Below are positions 33,804-43,908 of a stretch of 64,000 bases of DNA, in pieces; the first letter of the stretch is position 1; each line of letters starts with the position of its first letter. Below the pieces are notes generated by a model. The model saw only the letters and a program-made list of their open reading frames with translations, was not told the DNA's origin and did not search any database. The position numbers were made by a program, and so were the translations under genes. Location: IMG/VR virus record IMGVR_UViG_3300038466_000014. One strand, given 5' to 3'. The DNA is from a virus.

Positions 33804-35381
33804 ATGAACAGGTTTTATTCGAATCAAGTGTTTTATAGCATAGATGATAACGGAAATATTTTAAACGTGTCTTTTGATTTTGGTAAAATGGAAGGAGACG
33901 ACGGGAAAGAAATATGCGTACATCCGCGTCTTACCTTTTCGCTTTCCGAGGGAGATAACCGGTCACAAAAAATTAAGTTCGAGATGGGTTATCAGAATGC
34001 GATGGTGTTTGTGGACGGGTTTAACAAATTCAAAACCGATAAAGCTCCGTTTACGATCACGAGAAATAACTCACAACAATCCAAATCCGTTACAGTGTCA
34101 TTGGTTCCGTATAACGATCAAAAATATGTTAAAATCAACGGAAAAGATAGATTTAATGAGGGGTGGTGCGTGATCGAACCTCATATGTTCAGTATCCTTA
34201 TATCCATAATCAAGAACTTCTGTGATTCATATTATAATGTCTCTACAAACACCGCTTCTTTTTTTACATTCGAATTCTTAAGGGATAAGAATGCGGAACT
34301 TATGGATAAAATATCAGATCTGGAATCCGTGTTAAAGAATTTGAATTTATCGGGTGGTTATCAGAAACCATTAGTTAAAGATTTGCCGGATGCTGTTTAC
34401 GACATTCCACAAACAAGTACTACTGATAATAATCCGGGTATAACCGATACACAAAAAGATTTTAAATCTTTTATAATCAACAATTTGGATTCTGTTTCGT
34501 CTCCCATACTTGATGAGTTCAAATCTGAATTCAAACCGGTTCACAACCGCCCGGAATCGTTTTTAAGCGCGTGTCTGAAGAACGATATATCCAACATCAA
34601 GTCGTGGACTACAGCCGCCCTCAATTGTGCTGACGACGACCTGTGCGCGTTTATGTTCAACGGAATAGCGTTGTCTGAGAAAGAAAGAACAAATCTGATT
34701 GGTGATAAAGGTAGTAATATTTTCAAGATTATATTGGATTCCGCAAAGTCGTCTGTCCTGGCGTATACTATCAATAGAAATTCTAAGGAGTACGATGAAG
34801 ATAATCCGATATTTAAGTATATGAAAATTAAACCGCAAGACGTTAATCTTTATAATTATACACTTGAAATTATAGTTGTTATAGTTGCTATGAACATATT
34901 TTATAGAAGGGGTATCTCCGGAAGAGATGTATCGGTGAATATAAAAGAGGATTATAAAAAGGCTTACTATCTGCTAAAGGTGCTTACGGGACATCTCGTC
35001 AACAGCCTTGATTTTTCATTTATAAGTGTTATAGAAGAGGATATGAAAAACGTCATCAGGAATATTATCAATAGCGGTATGTTGAAAACCCTTTCGGGAG
35101 AATATGAATCGTTGACTGTTGGTAATACATTAAATTATTCTTTTGATTCTATGTATAACTTATGTATAAAATATATATCTATACTCAACCAGGAGTTGCC
35201 TCAAAAACTCGACGGGATGAAAAATTATGAACTACTTGTAAAAAAATATATTGAAACAGGCAATCCTATCGGGAATTCGGATTTTATCAACTCGCAGACT
35301 AAGACACCCGCGATAGAAGAAGACATATTTTCACACGGAAGTCCTGCGTCTGAGCTTGAAGTTGATCCAATCTTCGCCTAA
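33804..35381 (+). CDS. hypothetical protein (525 aa)
   Basis: long intact ORF in the core block. Confidence 0.8.
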   Translation: MNRFYSNQVFYSIDDNGNILNVSFDFGKMEGDDGKEICVHPRLTFSLSEGDNRSQKIKFEMGYQNAMVFVDGFNKFKTDKAPFTITRNNSQQSKSVTVSLVPYNDQKYVKINGKDRFNEGWCVIEPHMFSILISIIKNFCDSYYNVSTNTASFFTFEFLRDKNAELMDKISDLESVLKNLNLSGGYQKPLVKDLPDAVYDIPQTSTTDNNPGITDTQKDFKSFIINNLDSVSSPILDEFKSEFKPVHNRPESFLSACLKNDISNIKSWTTAALNCADDDLCAFMFNGIALSEKERTNLIGDKGSNIFKIILDSAKSSVLAYTINRNSKEYDEDNPIFKYMKIKPQDVNLYNYTLEIIVVIVAMNIFYRRGISGRDVSVNIKEDYKKAYYLLKVLTGHLVNSLDFSFISVIEEDMKNVIRNIINSGMLKTLSGEYESLTVGNTLNYSFDSMYNLCIKYISILNQELPQKLDGMKNYELLVKKYIETGNPIGNSDFINSQTKTPAIEEDIFSHGSPASELEVDPIFA

Positions 35382-36096
35382 AAACCTTTTGAAATATACA
35401 AACCAAATCCAAACAGGGAGACTTTTATTTATGGCACAACAGGGATATTACGGTTACGAAAATCCACCCGAAAATCATAACTGTTTACTATCGGTTAAAT
35501 TACAATCTACGTTTAACAGAGCACTAACTATACCGTCTTATATATGCAAAATGCCTATCAATGTGGTAGTTTATTACCACAAGAAAACTGCCGGATTACA
35601 ATTCGACGTGGATACAAGACCCTTATATATTCGTAATAAAGGGATTAAGGTAAATTTATACAGGAATATGAATAAGAGTAAATTTGTAGAAATGTTTGTA
35701 AATACAGCATCGATTAAAGAACCTGGATCTGACGTGCATTGTAAATATGAGGGATTAAAAGACATTCATACTGGTTTGGTTTATAATTTTACAAAAGAGA
35801 AACTGGACCTTAACGCCGGAAAATCAAAGTCGTCTCCAAACAATTACGTTCTTGTTTTGGGATTCAAGATTGTAAACCTTGATAATGATTATAATTTCTT
35901 TTTCGTACAGAGAAGATGCTACAGCAACGATCAGAAGAATTGCATTATCCGTACCGCCGGAATACAGATTGCATCTCCAGACGGATTCGAAGCGTTTTCA
36001 AATATGTCTACCGCTTATGATAACAATTTGTTATTATCTGAAAAATCAAAGGAAACAGAACCGGAAGAAGATACTTATACCGGAGAAGAGGATTAA
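35356..36096 (+). CDS. hypothetical protein
   Basis: long ORF; start uncertain. Confidence 0.7.
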   Translation: MKLIQSSPKNLLKYTNQIQTGRLLFMAQQGYYGYENPPENHNCLLSVKLQSTFNRALTIPSYICKMPINVVVYYHKKTAGLQFDVDTRPLYIRNKGIKVNLYRNMNKSKFVEMFVNTASIKEPGSDVHCKYEGLKDIHTGLVYNFTKEKLDLNAGKSKSSPNNYVLVLGFKIVNLDNDYNFFFVQRRCYSNDQKNCIIRTAGIQIASPDGFEAFSNMSTAYDNNLLLSEKSKETEPEEDTYTGEED

Positions 36097-36098
36097 TA

Positions 36099-36390
36099 AT
36101 GAAACTATGGCCGAGAGGACTTGGAAGAACCGAAGTGGGTATGGATTTCAAGCAATATAAAGGAGTTAAAAACGGTTCTGAATTTAATGTTTATGGGTAA
36201 GATGATTGATCCTGTAAAATGGGAATTTAAAATGGCTTTACCCATTCAAATGATAATGTTTCTTCTTACATGTATACCTGCGCTTATCAAAGATATTTTT
36301 TTAAATAGGAAATCATCGTTTGAATTTGACGTAACCCCGATTGAGGATGCGTACCAATCTATGGTTTATAGTAAACGTACAAGAATTTAA
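36099..36390 (+). pseudogene. small gene with an early frameshift (MKLWP / EDLEEPKWVW...)
   Basis: GAGGA RBS plus ATG at 36099 is out of frame with 36121-36390 by one base. Confidence 0.45.
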
Positions 36391-36414
36391 TTTTTCAATA
36401 AAAAGGATAATTTA

Positions 36415-37596
36415 ATGGCAATAACCAAATTAGCAGGATATATACATCATTATTACATTCACGATGTATTTGGATCGATGGTGAGATCTATGGCTGTGTT
36501 TCTTAAAAATGATTTATATCCACAATCCACGGAAGTTGTTATAGGTACATACGAAAAGGCCATCCAGCATTATAAGGATTTTAAAGAACAGGGAACGCAT
36601 AAGTTTACATCTTCCCCCCCATTCATATCGTTAGATCCTAATCTGGATTTTGCTCCTGATGAAATCGCCGGAAGATTTCAGTATATGTATCCTAATCTCG
36701 CTTTTAGACAAGGCGGTAACAATTTTGGTCCTGATATATATTATGACGGCAATGTTAAAATATCACCGGTATTAAATTATTATAAGGGGTCTTTCGAGAT
36801 AATAGTATGGTGTAGAACAGTTTACGAATATATAGATTACAGATTTCTGACTTTCCAATTTTGTGGAGGTACAGACAGAACGATATATCCATTTAATTGT
36901 GAGATAAATATGGTAATACCTGATTATCTTAAATATTATACGCACGACAATCCATATACTGCGGAAACTTATCCGTTGGATTGGGAAAATAACAGGGCGA
37001 AAGCCGTACTCTACAAGACATTGAATTTAAACAAATTTATATTTCCATTTACATTACGACCATATTTGAAATTTGTGAATATTGGAGATGCAAGTGAAAA
37101 ATACGGAGGCGATGATTTTTCCAGTTATAGATTATTAATTACTGTTGAATGGGAAACCCAATTTCCCATGTACTTATATATTGAAGATAATCTGTCACCT
37201 AATATCTCCAACTTTATCCTTGATATCGACATCGGTTCGTACTACGCCAATGCCGAAGGGTTGATCGCGCCAAAGGATATTGTACAGACACGGTTTGGAG
37301 ATGAAGAAGGTGAGGTGTTTAGAGAAGACTGGACGGCATCCGGAAGGGCGACATATATTATAACGGAAGAGGATATAAACAATTTAGACAATGATGTTGA
37401 TTTGGAAATAACACTTCCTGAAGTGGTAAATATAAAGAATATTAGAGTTTATCACCCAGACAGAGAGTTAAAGAAATTCTACGAATACGATGTAGATGGT
37501 GACTCAGTGATTCTTATATTGAAATATGCGCATTTAAAAGAACTAATAAAAATAAACGATCTAATTACAATTGTGTTGTATCAAAAAACGGAATAA
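36415..37596 (+). CDS. hypothetical protein (393 aa), possibly a virion component
   Basis: long ORF with good RBS; no motif identified. Confidence 0.75.
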   Translation: MAITKLAGYIHHYYIHDVFGSMVRSMAVFLKNDLYPQSTEVVIGTYEKAIQHYKDFKEQGTHKFTSSPPFISLDPNLDFAPDEIAGRFQYMYPNLAFRQGGNNFGPDIYYDGNVKISPVLNYYKGSFEIIVWCRTVYEYIDYRFLTFQFCGGTDRTIYPFNCEINMVIPDYLKYYTHDNPYTAETYPLDWENNRAKAVLYKTLNLNKFIFPFTLRPYLKFVNIGDASEKYGGDDFSSYRLLITVEWETQFPMYLYIEDNLSPNISNFILDIDIGSYYANAEGLIAPKDIVQTRFGDEEGEVFREDWTASGRATYIITEEDINNLDNDVDLEITLPEVVNIKNIRVYHPDRELKKFYEYDVDGDSVILILKYAHLKELIKINDLITIVLYQKTE

Positions 37597-37845
37597 CCAT
37601 AAATGAACATTCTATGTAAATTAGGACGACATAAATGGGTTAATACGAGGGCTAAGAATAAAGCAAAACTTGAAAAAGAAATAGAGGAGAATTATTACGA
37701 TAATTTATATTTTGATATGTATATAACCGATGTTGTTCTATGTACGAAAAAATGTGAAAGATGTGGTATTATGTTTGATGAAATAAAAGAATATACTAAA
37801 TGGTATGTGGAGACCAAAATGAAGCAAAAAAATAATCAGATTTAA

Positions 37846-37860
37846 TTATATATATTAAAT
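37846..37860 (+). promoter_or_regulatory. motif A
   Basis: exact match, followed by hairpin 37864-37891. Confidence 0.7.
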
Positions 37861-38156
37861 ATTAATCAAACCCTCTCAATTCGGGTTGATTGTAGTACAA
37901 ACAATATAATATTTTTTGGGAGTCGAGTCTGAAATGGAAATTATTTACAAATTTGGGTGGGGATTTTATGTTGTGAGCAGAAGAGGGACTTCCAAAACGA
38001 TATCCGCAGTACCGATCGCCAAACGCGCCACTGGTAGGGCGATTAGATTCTCCAGAACAGGTATCGGATTTGTATGGGGTGTTCAAACGTAATCGAATGT
38101 TCGGAAGGCCGGGAGATTGCTTCCGGCCTAACAAATTTACTAATCATGGTGTCATT
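37861..38156 (+). ncRNA. candidate structured leader or small RNA upstream of the clamp loader
   Basis: nested stems with G-U pairs at 38002-38069, terminal hairpin at 38106-38129, locally GC-rich. Confidence 0.45.
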
Positions 38157-39110
38157 TTGTTGGAAAAATATTTATGGGTTGAAAAGTATAGACCAAGAAC
38201 GTTGGATGATATGGTGCTCGATGAAGTTAATAAACATATGTTTGAGAAATTCATATCCGATAAAAGTATTCCGAATCTTCTTTTTATAGGAAAGGCTGGA
38301 AGCGGAAAAACCACAGTGGCCAGAATTCTTATTGGTAACATAGTTAAAAAGGAAGATGTTTTGATTCTAAACGGTTCTTCGAATCGTGGTATTGCCATTG
38401 TAAGAGAAACCATAGACGAGTTTTTAAGTTTACCGTCATACTCGGATTCGAAAATTAAAATTGTGTATATTGATGAGTTCGATAATATGATGCCGGACGC
38501 TCATAAGGCGTTACGGTTTAAAATCGAGGAAGCTCATGATATAGGAAGATTTATCTTTACGGCGAATTATAGGCATAGTATTCTTCCAGAATTATTTTCC
38601 CGTGTGGCAGAGTATCATTTCAAGGTCGTTGATTTTGAAACCTCTCTTAAATATGTATACTCGGTTCTCGAAAAAGAGAATGTTCAATTTGATAAAAATC
38701 ATATATCAGAATTGGTAAAAATATATTATCCGGATATTCGCAGAGTTCTTAATATGTTGCATGGATTTTGTGCCGATAACAAGATAATCGTAGGTACGGA
38801 ATATCTGTTGGAAAACGAAGATAAGGTTGTGGATAGTATAAAAAATATTTGTAAATCTTTAATGAATAAAGATTTGTCGGATATAAGAACCCACGTAGAT
38901 TACATTAATAGTATTCTTGAGACGTATGATCTTGATTACAATTCTATTTTTAAAAGATTGTATCAGCACCAGGGAATTCCACTATGGGCCAAAGTTATTA
39001 TGGGCGATTATTGTGATAAACATTTAACATCGATTGTACCACAACTGCCATTTTTATCTATGATTTCCAAAATGACCAGTGCTGGAAAACGAGTGTACAA
39101 TCTTAAATAA
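38157..39110 (+). CDS. sliding-clamp loader AAA+ subunit (T4 gp44/RFC-small-like)
   Basis: LWVEKYRP, PNLLF.G.AG.GKTT, IDEFD, FIFTANY, L.SR; likely TTG start at 38157 or 38160. Confidence 0.95.
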   Translation: MLEKYLWVEKYRPRTLDDMVLDEVNKHMFEKFISDKSIPNLLFIGKAGSGKTTVARILIGNIVKKEDVLILNGSSNRGIAIVRETIDEFLSLPSYSDSKIKIVYIDEFDNMMPDAHKALRFKIEEAHDIGRFIFTANYRHSILPELFSRVAEYHFKVVDFETSLKYVYSVLEKENVQFDKNHISELVKIYYPDIRRVLNMLHGFCADNKIIVGTEYLLENEDKVVDSIKNICKSLMNKDLSDIRTHVDYINSILETYDLDYNSIFKRLYQHQGIPLWAKVIMGDYCDKHLTSIVPQLPFLSMISKMTSAGKRVYNLK

Positions 39111-39121
39111 AACAGGACAGT

Positions 39122-40123
39122 ATGGGAGAAGAAAAATCCATACATTATGAGAAGCTCAGAAAACACTTAAAAAAGATTACAGGTCTTGGATATTACAATG
39201 CTGGGAAAACCGAGTTGATTTGTAGATGTCCTTTTCCTGGCTGTGAGGTAGATCAAAAAAAGAATTATTCATACGGGAGATTATATTTATCTACAGAATA
39301 TCCATTTTTCAACTGTTTTAGATGTAATACCAATGGTAGTATATTTAAACTTTTAGATTACCTTGATTTAGATTATAAAGAATATACATCATTAGAATCA
39401 AACGATATCAAAAAATTCGTCAAATCTGTAAACTATAAAAATGTTATTAGAGATATAAATATTAATGATGAAAAAAACAATGATAATAAATATTTAAATA
39501 AGGTAGAGTATTTGAAAACCAGACTTGGTGCTGATTACAACATCAGAACCATTCCGAATCTCGTTTTTAATATAAAAGAATTTATAACCGACAATAAGAT
39601 TATATTGAATGATAGAGAAAAAGGATTTTTAAATTATTATGAAGATAATTGTATAGGATTTATAGGTTCCCGTCATAAAGTGTTGGTTCTTAGAAGCATC
39701 AAATCAGATGAACTCATATCGTACCATAAAATCAATATAGATGATTCTGCTGGATTTAAAGATTTTTATGGTATGAGTACAGGGCCGATTCTACCGGCAG
39801 ATATCAACAAAATTGTATTATGCGAGGGAGTGTTCGATTTTTTGGTCGGATACAACCATCTATCGAAACATAATAATTTCGAAAATGTGTGTCATTGGGC
39901 CGCTGTATTTGGTTCCCAATATAGACTATCAATATTTTCTATTATGGATTTCTTATGTCTTACTTATGTTGACGTAATAATTCTGTCTGATAAGGATAAA
40001 GATATTACTTATTACGACAAGATAAAATCATTGCCGTGTGTACGAAACGTCGATGTTTTCTATAACGTACAAGGACATGATTTTGGAGAACTTCCTATAG
40101 AGATTGGAAGAGTAACACAGTAG
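39122..40123 (+). CDS. DNA primase (Zn finger plus TOPRIM)
   Basis: CRCPF..C, FNCFRC, CEGVFD, SDKD. Confidence 0.85.
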   Translation: MGEEKSIHYEKLRKHLKKITGLGYYNAGKTELICRCPFPGCEVDQKKNYSYGRLYLSTEYPFFNCFRCNTNGSIFKLLDYLDLDYKEYTSLESNDIKKFVKSVNYKNVIRDININDEKNNDNKYLNKVEYLKTRLGADYNIRTIPNLVFNIKEFITDNKIILNDREKGFLNYYEDNCIGFIGSRHKVLVLRSIKSDELISYHKINIDDSAGFKDFYGMSTGPILPADINKIVLCEGVFDFLVGYNHLSKHNNFENVCHWAAVFGSQYRLSIFSIMDFLCLTYVDVIILSDKDKDITYYDKIKSLPCVRNVDVFYNVQGHDFGELPIEIGRVTQ

Positions 40124-40570
40124 GTACACGTAAGGATTGGGTTAAACAATAAAGTACATTTACATCTTCGACGATAGGTATTGAGTCTAATGGAAGAGTT
40201 AGAAAAAGCGTTTAAAAATGATCATCCACAACTCGATCCTGAATTCAATATAGATAATTTATTAGAGTTGGAAATAAAAGCAAAGAACGAAAATAATTTT
40301 TGTGTATATGGAGATGGATGTTATTTCTCAATATATAAGATAAAACATGAAGGAACATACAAACATTTAATAATGTTTAGTATAACGGTTTCTCATAAAG
40401 CTACAAATGATAATACGTACAGAATTATAAATCTTTTGAGTGTAATTGAGCAGAAATATGTAAATAAAATATGTAGATATAAGATGGTTAGAAATATTGA
40501 TAATGGTAATTCATATGCATTAGTGCAGGTAATACTAAACGTATAAACAAATCGAGGAAAGGTACAAGTA

Positions 40571-41215
40571 ATGAGTCAAAGTCCAAACAAAGACCTTGAA
40601 TTGGTATTGTGTGTTGAGCAGGATTCATTGTTTGATTTTTTGGATACCGACGGCGGGTTTAAGTGTTATGTAGGATTGGAACTGGATGAACTACTTGATT
40701 TTATTAAAGATAATAAACTATTCCTATATAGATATATGGCGGAAAATAAACCGCAATACAAGCAGATTATTCCATACTGTACATTAAAATGTGGCGATGA
40801 TTATTATCTTCTTACCAGAAAAGACACACAATACGAAACCAGACTTCACGGTAAATCACATCTTGGAGTTGGCGGGCACATAAATCCGTTAGACAGAAAA
40901 ATATATTCTAAAACCGATTCCGAATTTATGATGTCATGTATGAGAGAATTAAATGAGGAATTGAATATAAGCATCAATATTACTAAAGAAGATTTTTCCA
41001 TGCTATGTTGCATTTTCGATAAAAAAAATGCTGTAGGGAAGGTGCATTTTGGAGTAGCGTTACTTTTAAATATACCAGAAGATAAAAAAGAATTAATCTC
41101 TGTTAAGGAAACAGATAAGATGGATGGTAAGTGGGTGTCTAAAACAGATCTAAAAGATATGTACGAGAGTATGGAATCATGGACCCAAATAATAGTCAAA
41201 AATTTCATATTTTAA
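40571..41215 (+). CDS. NUDIX-family phosphoesterase
   Basis: YKQIIPY, GVGGHINP, RELNEEL, VGKVHFG, ESWTQI. Confidence 0.85.
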   Translation: MSQSPNKDLELVLCVEQDSLFDFLDTDGGFKCYVGLELDELLDFIKDNKLFLYRYMAENKPQYKQIIPYCTLKCGDDYYLLTRKDTQYETRLHGKSHLGVGGHINPLDRKIYSKTDSEFMMSCMRELNEELNISINITKEDFSMLCCIFDKKNAVGKVHFGVALLLNIPEDKKELISVKETDKMDGKWVSKTDLKDMYESMESWTQIIVKNFIF

Positions 41216-41228
41216 GGGTAAACGAATG

Positions 41229-41243
41229 AGGACAAATTTTAAA
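41229..41243 (+). promoter_or_regulatory. motif B
   Basis: exact AGGACAAATTTTAAA. Confidence 0.75.
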
Positions 41244-41317
41244 AAGAAAGGGTGTGGTATTGGGAGAAGTGTATAGTATAAATTAATTGGTTAATAAAAC
41301 ATTGAAAGAGTGGATAA

Positions 41318-42013
41318 ATGGACGAAAAGGATTATGGTATAAAACTTGGCTCCAAACTAATTCTAAAAATGGCGGATATACTTAATTGGATTTCGCACGA
41401 CAAAACAGATAAAATTTCGTATGATCATATAGTAAAAGAATTTGGTGAAATACTTGGAGCGAGCAGGGCATTCATATTTAAACGATTTGAATCTGGCGGG
41501 ACTATATATTACAAAGTTACAGATTTGTGGACTGTATCTGATAAAGATAAATTATGTGATGTTGTTATAGCCAGATCCGATTTTCCGAACGTCATAGATA
41601 TGCTTGAGAATAAAGAGTGTATATATGAAGATGTAGGTGTATTTTCGGAAAAAGAACAGAATTTCTTACGTAGCGTCAATGTCTTATGTTTGGCCTGTGT
41701 CCCTATTATAGGGTATGATTCAAATGTATGTGGATTTTTCGGATTTAATGATTGTGTCACTAACAGGGTGTTTACCGAGATAGAGCATTCCGCTCTAAAA
41801 GCTATAGGGTCTATTATCGGAACAATTATGAGATTAGAAGAAGAAAGTAATAAACGGAGCGTTTTGATACAAGAACACATTCAGCAGTTTAGAACCCTTA
41901 GAGAGGAAATCGATAGACGTATAGCAATGACTACTGACGATGAATATACGATCAATGCCCATCAACATCTATCTATAGATCAGAACGAGTCATCTATGAG
42001 TGCTGAATTTTAA
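41318..42013 (+). CDS. stand-alone GAF-domain protein with C-terminal coiled coil
   Basis: LGASRAFIF, LACVPI, GFFGF.DC...R.FTE.E...L..IG.IIG. Confidence 0.8.
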   Translation: MDEKDYGIKLGSKLILKMADILNWISHDKTDKISYDHIVKEFGEILGASRAFIFKRFESGGTIYYKVTDLWTVSDKDKLCDVVIARSDFPNVIDMLENKECIYEDVGVFSEKEQNFLRSVNVLCLACVPIIGYDSNVCGFFGFNDCVTNRVFTEIEHSALKAIGSIIGTIMRLEEESNKRSVLIQEHIQQFRTLREEIDRRIAMTTDDEYTINAHQHLSIDQNESSMSAEF

Positions 42014-42072
42014 AGTTCTTTACACCTCACCTCAACTTCAACTTATCCCTTCTGCGATAGAAAGAACGATAA

Positions 42073-42693
42073 ATGGCACAGTACGAAGAATTAATAATCG
42101 AGATATCCAAATTTATGGGAAGCATATCGATACTTGTTGGAAATATAGACAAGATGACTAAAGAATTACCGAGCGTTAAGGATTATAACCATTTGTATGG
42201 ACTGGTTGATGATCTCGACGACGCACAAAAATCAATATTAAAGACAATTCAAGAATTCACACTCATTAATGAGAACCATTCAAAAACTTTTATATCCAAT
42301 CTGACAGAGATGTCTAAAAAAATGGATATAGTAAACGATCAGCTTAAGATTTTATCAAGTGAAAAATTTATTAATCATCTTAATGACTGTGATAGATCTT
42401 GTGATATTATAAGTCAAATTAAAACCAACACTGCCGAATTAAAGAAGTCTTTCGATTCAGTTACTACAGAATTTAATAGGCTTGGAATTCTCTGGAAAGC
42501 TGTTGGTATATCTTTAGATGATCTTCAGGAAGTTGTTATAGCATCAAAACAAATAAACAGGATTGTAAACTGGTTTTCCGGATGGAAGAAATCTATTATA
42601 TTGATTTTTACCGGAGGAGCGGTTTTAATGTCGTTTTATGACGGGTTTGAAAAATTAATCGGGTTCATTGAAAAAATAAAGTCACTTTTTTAG
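42073..42693 (+). CDS. coiled-coil protein with a C-terminal TM segment
   Basis: heptad-rich body; hydrophobic SIILIFTGGAVLMSFY. Confidence 0.65.
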   Translation: MAQYEELIIEISKFMGSISILVGNIDKMTKELPSVKDYNHLYGLVDDLDDAQKSILKTIQEFTLINENHSKTFISNLTEMSKKMDIVNDQLKILSSEKFINHLNDCDRSCDIISQIKTNTAELKKSFDSVTTEFNRLGILWKAVGISLDDLQEVVIASKQINRIVNWFSGWKKSIILIFTGGAVLMSFYDGFEKLIGFIEKIKSLF

Positions 42694-42707
42694 GAGGAGT
42701 TATAGCA

Positions 42708-43085
42708 ATGACCGTATCGTTAAATCTTAAACAAATCGAGGAGCTTGTTATAAAAACCGGATCTCTTAGTAAAGTAATGCTTACAGATTTTCCTCTCGTG
42801 GTTTCCTGGAAACTGAGCAGAATATACAAGCAATTAACAGAGGAATATAAGACTCTTTTTGAGGTTAGAAAATCAGCATATCTAAAATATGGAGAAGATG
42901 CCGGAGACGGACTTATTAAGATAAAGCCGGAATTTAATGAAGCGTTTTCTAAAGAATTCAACGACCTTAATAATAAAACCATAGAATTTGATTTTGAGAC
43001 AGTTACTCTAAAAGAATTGTCCGGGGTAAATTTGTCTCCCGCCGACATATATAATCTTGTAAATTCTGGAATTCTTGTAGAGTAA
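42708..43085 (+). CDS. hypothetical phage protein (DUF1617-like)
   Basis: P..VSWKL.R.......E...F...R.....KYGE pattern. Confidence 0.5.
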   Translation: MTVSLNLKQIEELVIKTGSLSKVMLTDFPLVVSWKLSRIYKQLTEEYKTLFEVRKSAYLKYGEDAGDGLIKIKPEFNEAFSKEFNDLNNKTIEFDFETVTLKELSGVNLSPADIYNLVNSGILVE

Positions 43086-43098
43086 CGATTTTGAAAGG

Positions 43099-43890
43099 AT
43101 GATAAATGTCTTGGAAAAGTTTGATTTGCTCATACCGGTATCCAATGCGGGAGGAGATGATTTTTATGACAGATTAAAAAATGTACAGATGACCGTAAAT
43201 GCAACCCCTGCTCAATATGTAAATTTATACATAATAGAACAGATTATAGATGAATCATATCCAACATTCTATAATAATTTAAAATTAAGAAAAGGCGTTA
43301 ATTATATATCGTGTTCATACAAAGAGTTTAATAAATCATGGTTATACAATATAGGATATAAACAGTCGAAGTCGGAATATATTATTTTGGGAGAATCTGA
43401 TTGTACCCCGAATTGTCCATTTAGATATTATAAAGATATGCTTAAATATGTAAAAACAAGATTATGGTTTTTTGGTTGGAGTAAGTTAATATATTTGGAT
43501 AAGACGGGAAAAGCTGTAGTGAAGGTCGTGGAACCTAAACGTGGATATGCTGAAGGTGGATTTGTATTCTTCACAAGAGAATATTTTGCCAGGATTGGTT
43601 ATGCCAACGAGTTTATAGAACATCTCGGTGGTATAGATAATGAACTTGCGGATCGGGCACGGTTATTCCAATCGGATGATATGTTCAAATGGACGATTTT
43701 TCATCATTGGCATCGTCCGAGTTATATGAAGGATTTTAGAAAGGGAAGCCGATCGAAAAACACATCTATTTGTAGAAATGTTAGAACTAATACTGGAGCA
43801 TACATTGACAAATTAAGATCGTTAAATGTAGGATCCAGTAAACCATTAAAGCAAACCATGTCGTGGGATAGTCTTGGTTTGCCTGTATGA
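43099..43890 (+). CDS. glycosyltransferase (GT2/GT7C-like)
   Basis: FNKSWLYNIG, ESD, G.ANE....GGIDNE, HHWH. Confidence 0.8.
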   Translation: MINVLEKFDLLIPVSNAGGDDFYDRLKNVQMTVNATPAQYVNLYIIEQIIDESYPTFYNNLKLRKGVNYISCSYKEFNKSWLYNIGYKQSKSEYIILGESDCTPNCPFRYYKDMLKYVKTRLWFFGWSKLIYLDKTGKAVVKVVEPKRGYAEGGFVFFTREYFARIGYANEFIEHLGGIDNELADRARLFQSDDMFKWTIFHHWHRPSYMKDFRKGSRSKNTSICRNVRTNTGAYIDKLRSLNVGSSKPLKQTMSWDSLGLPV

Positions 43891-43908
43891 GTAAAGGACC
43901 GTTAATAT

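Noticed and set aside
38070-38156. N-terminal extension of the clamp loader given in the ORF track
   Set aside because: Family homology starts at LWVEKYRP, and the extension overlaps a strong hairpin.
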